Part shown: piece after piece, positions 62,887 to 64,000 of the stretch
Position numbering within the stretch: the first letter of the stretch is position 1
How the letters are laid out: each line of letters opens with the position of its first letter
From: Carpediemonas membranifera BICM
Taxonomy: Eukaryota; Protista; Fornicata
Length of the DNA stretch: 64,000 nucleotides
Direction of reading: 5' to 3'
Assembly (NCBI GenBank): GCA_019828565.1
Contig: JAHDYR010000029.1
Location: 115,509-179,508 of the forward strand
Notes under the pieces: model-generated
What the model saw: only the letters and a program-made list of their open reading frames with translations
Database searches by the model: none
What the model was told of the DNA's origin: nothing
Position numbers and translations under genes: made by a program

Positions 62887-64000
62887 ATGATGGCCGATGC
62901 ACTCAGACATGGTGCTCAGCGGGATGTGGCAGCAGGCTCGGCTGGTCGGATTCGGAGTCGCGACTCAACTCATGCAGATGAAATGGCAAGGTCTGGCGCC
63001 AAGCAAACGAGCGGCAGAAGGAATGTATCGTGGCGTAGACTCTCAAACTGCTTTCTAGATTACCAAGTGGACATGATTGATACCCCTGGGGCCTCCGAGG
63101 GCCACGCTCAGCGGATCAAGGTGCTATCGTGGAACGTCCTCGCATGCAAGTTTCTCTTCGGACACAAACGTGCCCCACAGTTCGAGGACTTCCGGGATCC
63201 CGCCTACCGGCTGCCCCAGATCGCGCGCGTCATCACAGAGATCAACCCCGACGTCATCTGCCTGCAGGAGGTCGATGGCCAGATAGAGACGTACTTCAAG
63301 CGGACCAGGTTCTTCGCCACACATGGGTACAACTTCAAATGGACGCGGAAGCAGACAGAGACGGGCGAGCGCCTGAACTCCCACCCGGACGGCTGCCTCA
63401 CGGCGTGGAGGACCGACCGCTTCGCCCTGCTCGGGATGCGGGTCGTGGGCATGGACACGCTGGCTGGCCTGCACCACCCGGCCCGACTCGCGGTGGACCA
63501 TGCGCAGGTGGACATCAAGCAGCACAACGTGGCGGCGATCCTGACCCTGGTGCCACACACCCTGGCCCCTGAGACCACAGCCCCGCCCGTCCCCACGGTC
63601 ACCGCGGTCCGCGGCATGTTCGCAGGGCTCACTGTTGAGGAGGAGGACCCGGGTGACGGGCCCGAGCAGCCCGACGAACCAGAGCAGGGCACGCCCTTCG
63701 TCGTCGTCAACACTCACGTCTACTGGAAGCCCACGTTCGACTGGCTGAAGCAGGCACAGGCCCGCGAGGTGGTCCGGGCGCTGTCCGAGGTGTGCGCCGA
63801 GGTCGGGACCGGCCGGGCCGTAGTGGCGGGCGACATGAACAGCGTCCCGGGCTCTGGTGTGTACGACGTGTTCCTGGACGGCGGACTGGCCTCGGCTTAC
63901 GGGTCCTACCAGGCCCTCGCCCCGGTGGACACGCCAGTCTCACAGCGCGACGCCTTCGCCGACGGAGAGATCCACCAGGCACGCCCGAGGGCGGCCGCTG
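62887..64000 (+). CDS. CCR4/nocturnin/Angel-family EEP nuclease (deadenylase-like), runs off the window; start uncertain (62887-63073)
   Basis: Translated by hand (absent from the ORF track because no stop): IKVLSWNVLA, PDVICLQEVD, DGCLTAWRTDRF, HNVA, VNTHVYW, AGDMNSVPGSGVY. Confidence 0.88.
   Translation, partial: MMADALRHGAQRDVAAGSAGRIRSRDSTHADEMARSGAKQTSGRRNVSWRRLSNCFLDYQVDMIDTPGASEGHAQRIKVLSWNVLACKFLFGHKRAPQFEDFRDPAYRLPQIARVITEINPDVICLQEVDGQIETYFKRTRFFATHGYNFKWTRKQTETGERLNSHPDGCLTAWRTDRFALLGMRVVGMDTLAGLHHPARLAVDHAQVDIKQHNVAAILTLVPHTLAPETTAPPVPTVTAVRGMFAGLTVEEEDPGDGPEQPDEPEQGTPFVVVNTHVYWKPTFDWLKQAQAREVVRALSEVCAEVGTGRAVVAGDMNSVPGSGVYDVFLDGGLASAYGSYQALAPVDTPVSQRDAFADGEIHQARPRAAA

Overview
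Gene-dense, GC-rich eukaryotic (flagellated protist) DNA. Intergenic spaces are short, introns are very small (28-36 nt), and WGTAAA motifs sit at or just after many stop codons. This fits a free-living fornicate metamonad such as a Carpediemonas-like organism, which is an inference only. The window opens inside a 1248-bp tandem array of divergent thioredoxin + 2-Cys peroxiredoxin gene pairs (6 full units plus a partial one). Single-copy genes follow: vWA membrane protein, lebercilin-like, GST, LRR, an anticodon-binding-fold protein, dynamin-related protein, DOCK GEF, a FAR1/AFT-like Zn finger, an LpxH-like metallophosphoesterase, a BK/Slo channel, a TmcB-like receptor, TTC25, CCT2, Sin3, a 2600-aa repeat protein, HP1-like, Vps34, DNAJC9-like, a degenerate acyl-CoA synthetase and a CCR4/Angel-like nuclease. 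The most notable element is a 5'-truncated Fanzor1/TnpB-like RNA-guided nuclease gene (40667-41338, minus strand). It is followed by a hairpin-rich ~245-nt non-coding tail, a candidate omega-RNA. The last 31 nt of that tail recur perfectly in an ORF-less intergenic locus 28 kb away (12506-12536), where the motif is also duplicated, suggesting a non-autonomous 'ghost' omega-RNA locus. Family calls come from motif recognition by eye; no database searches were run.
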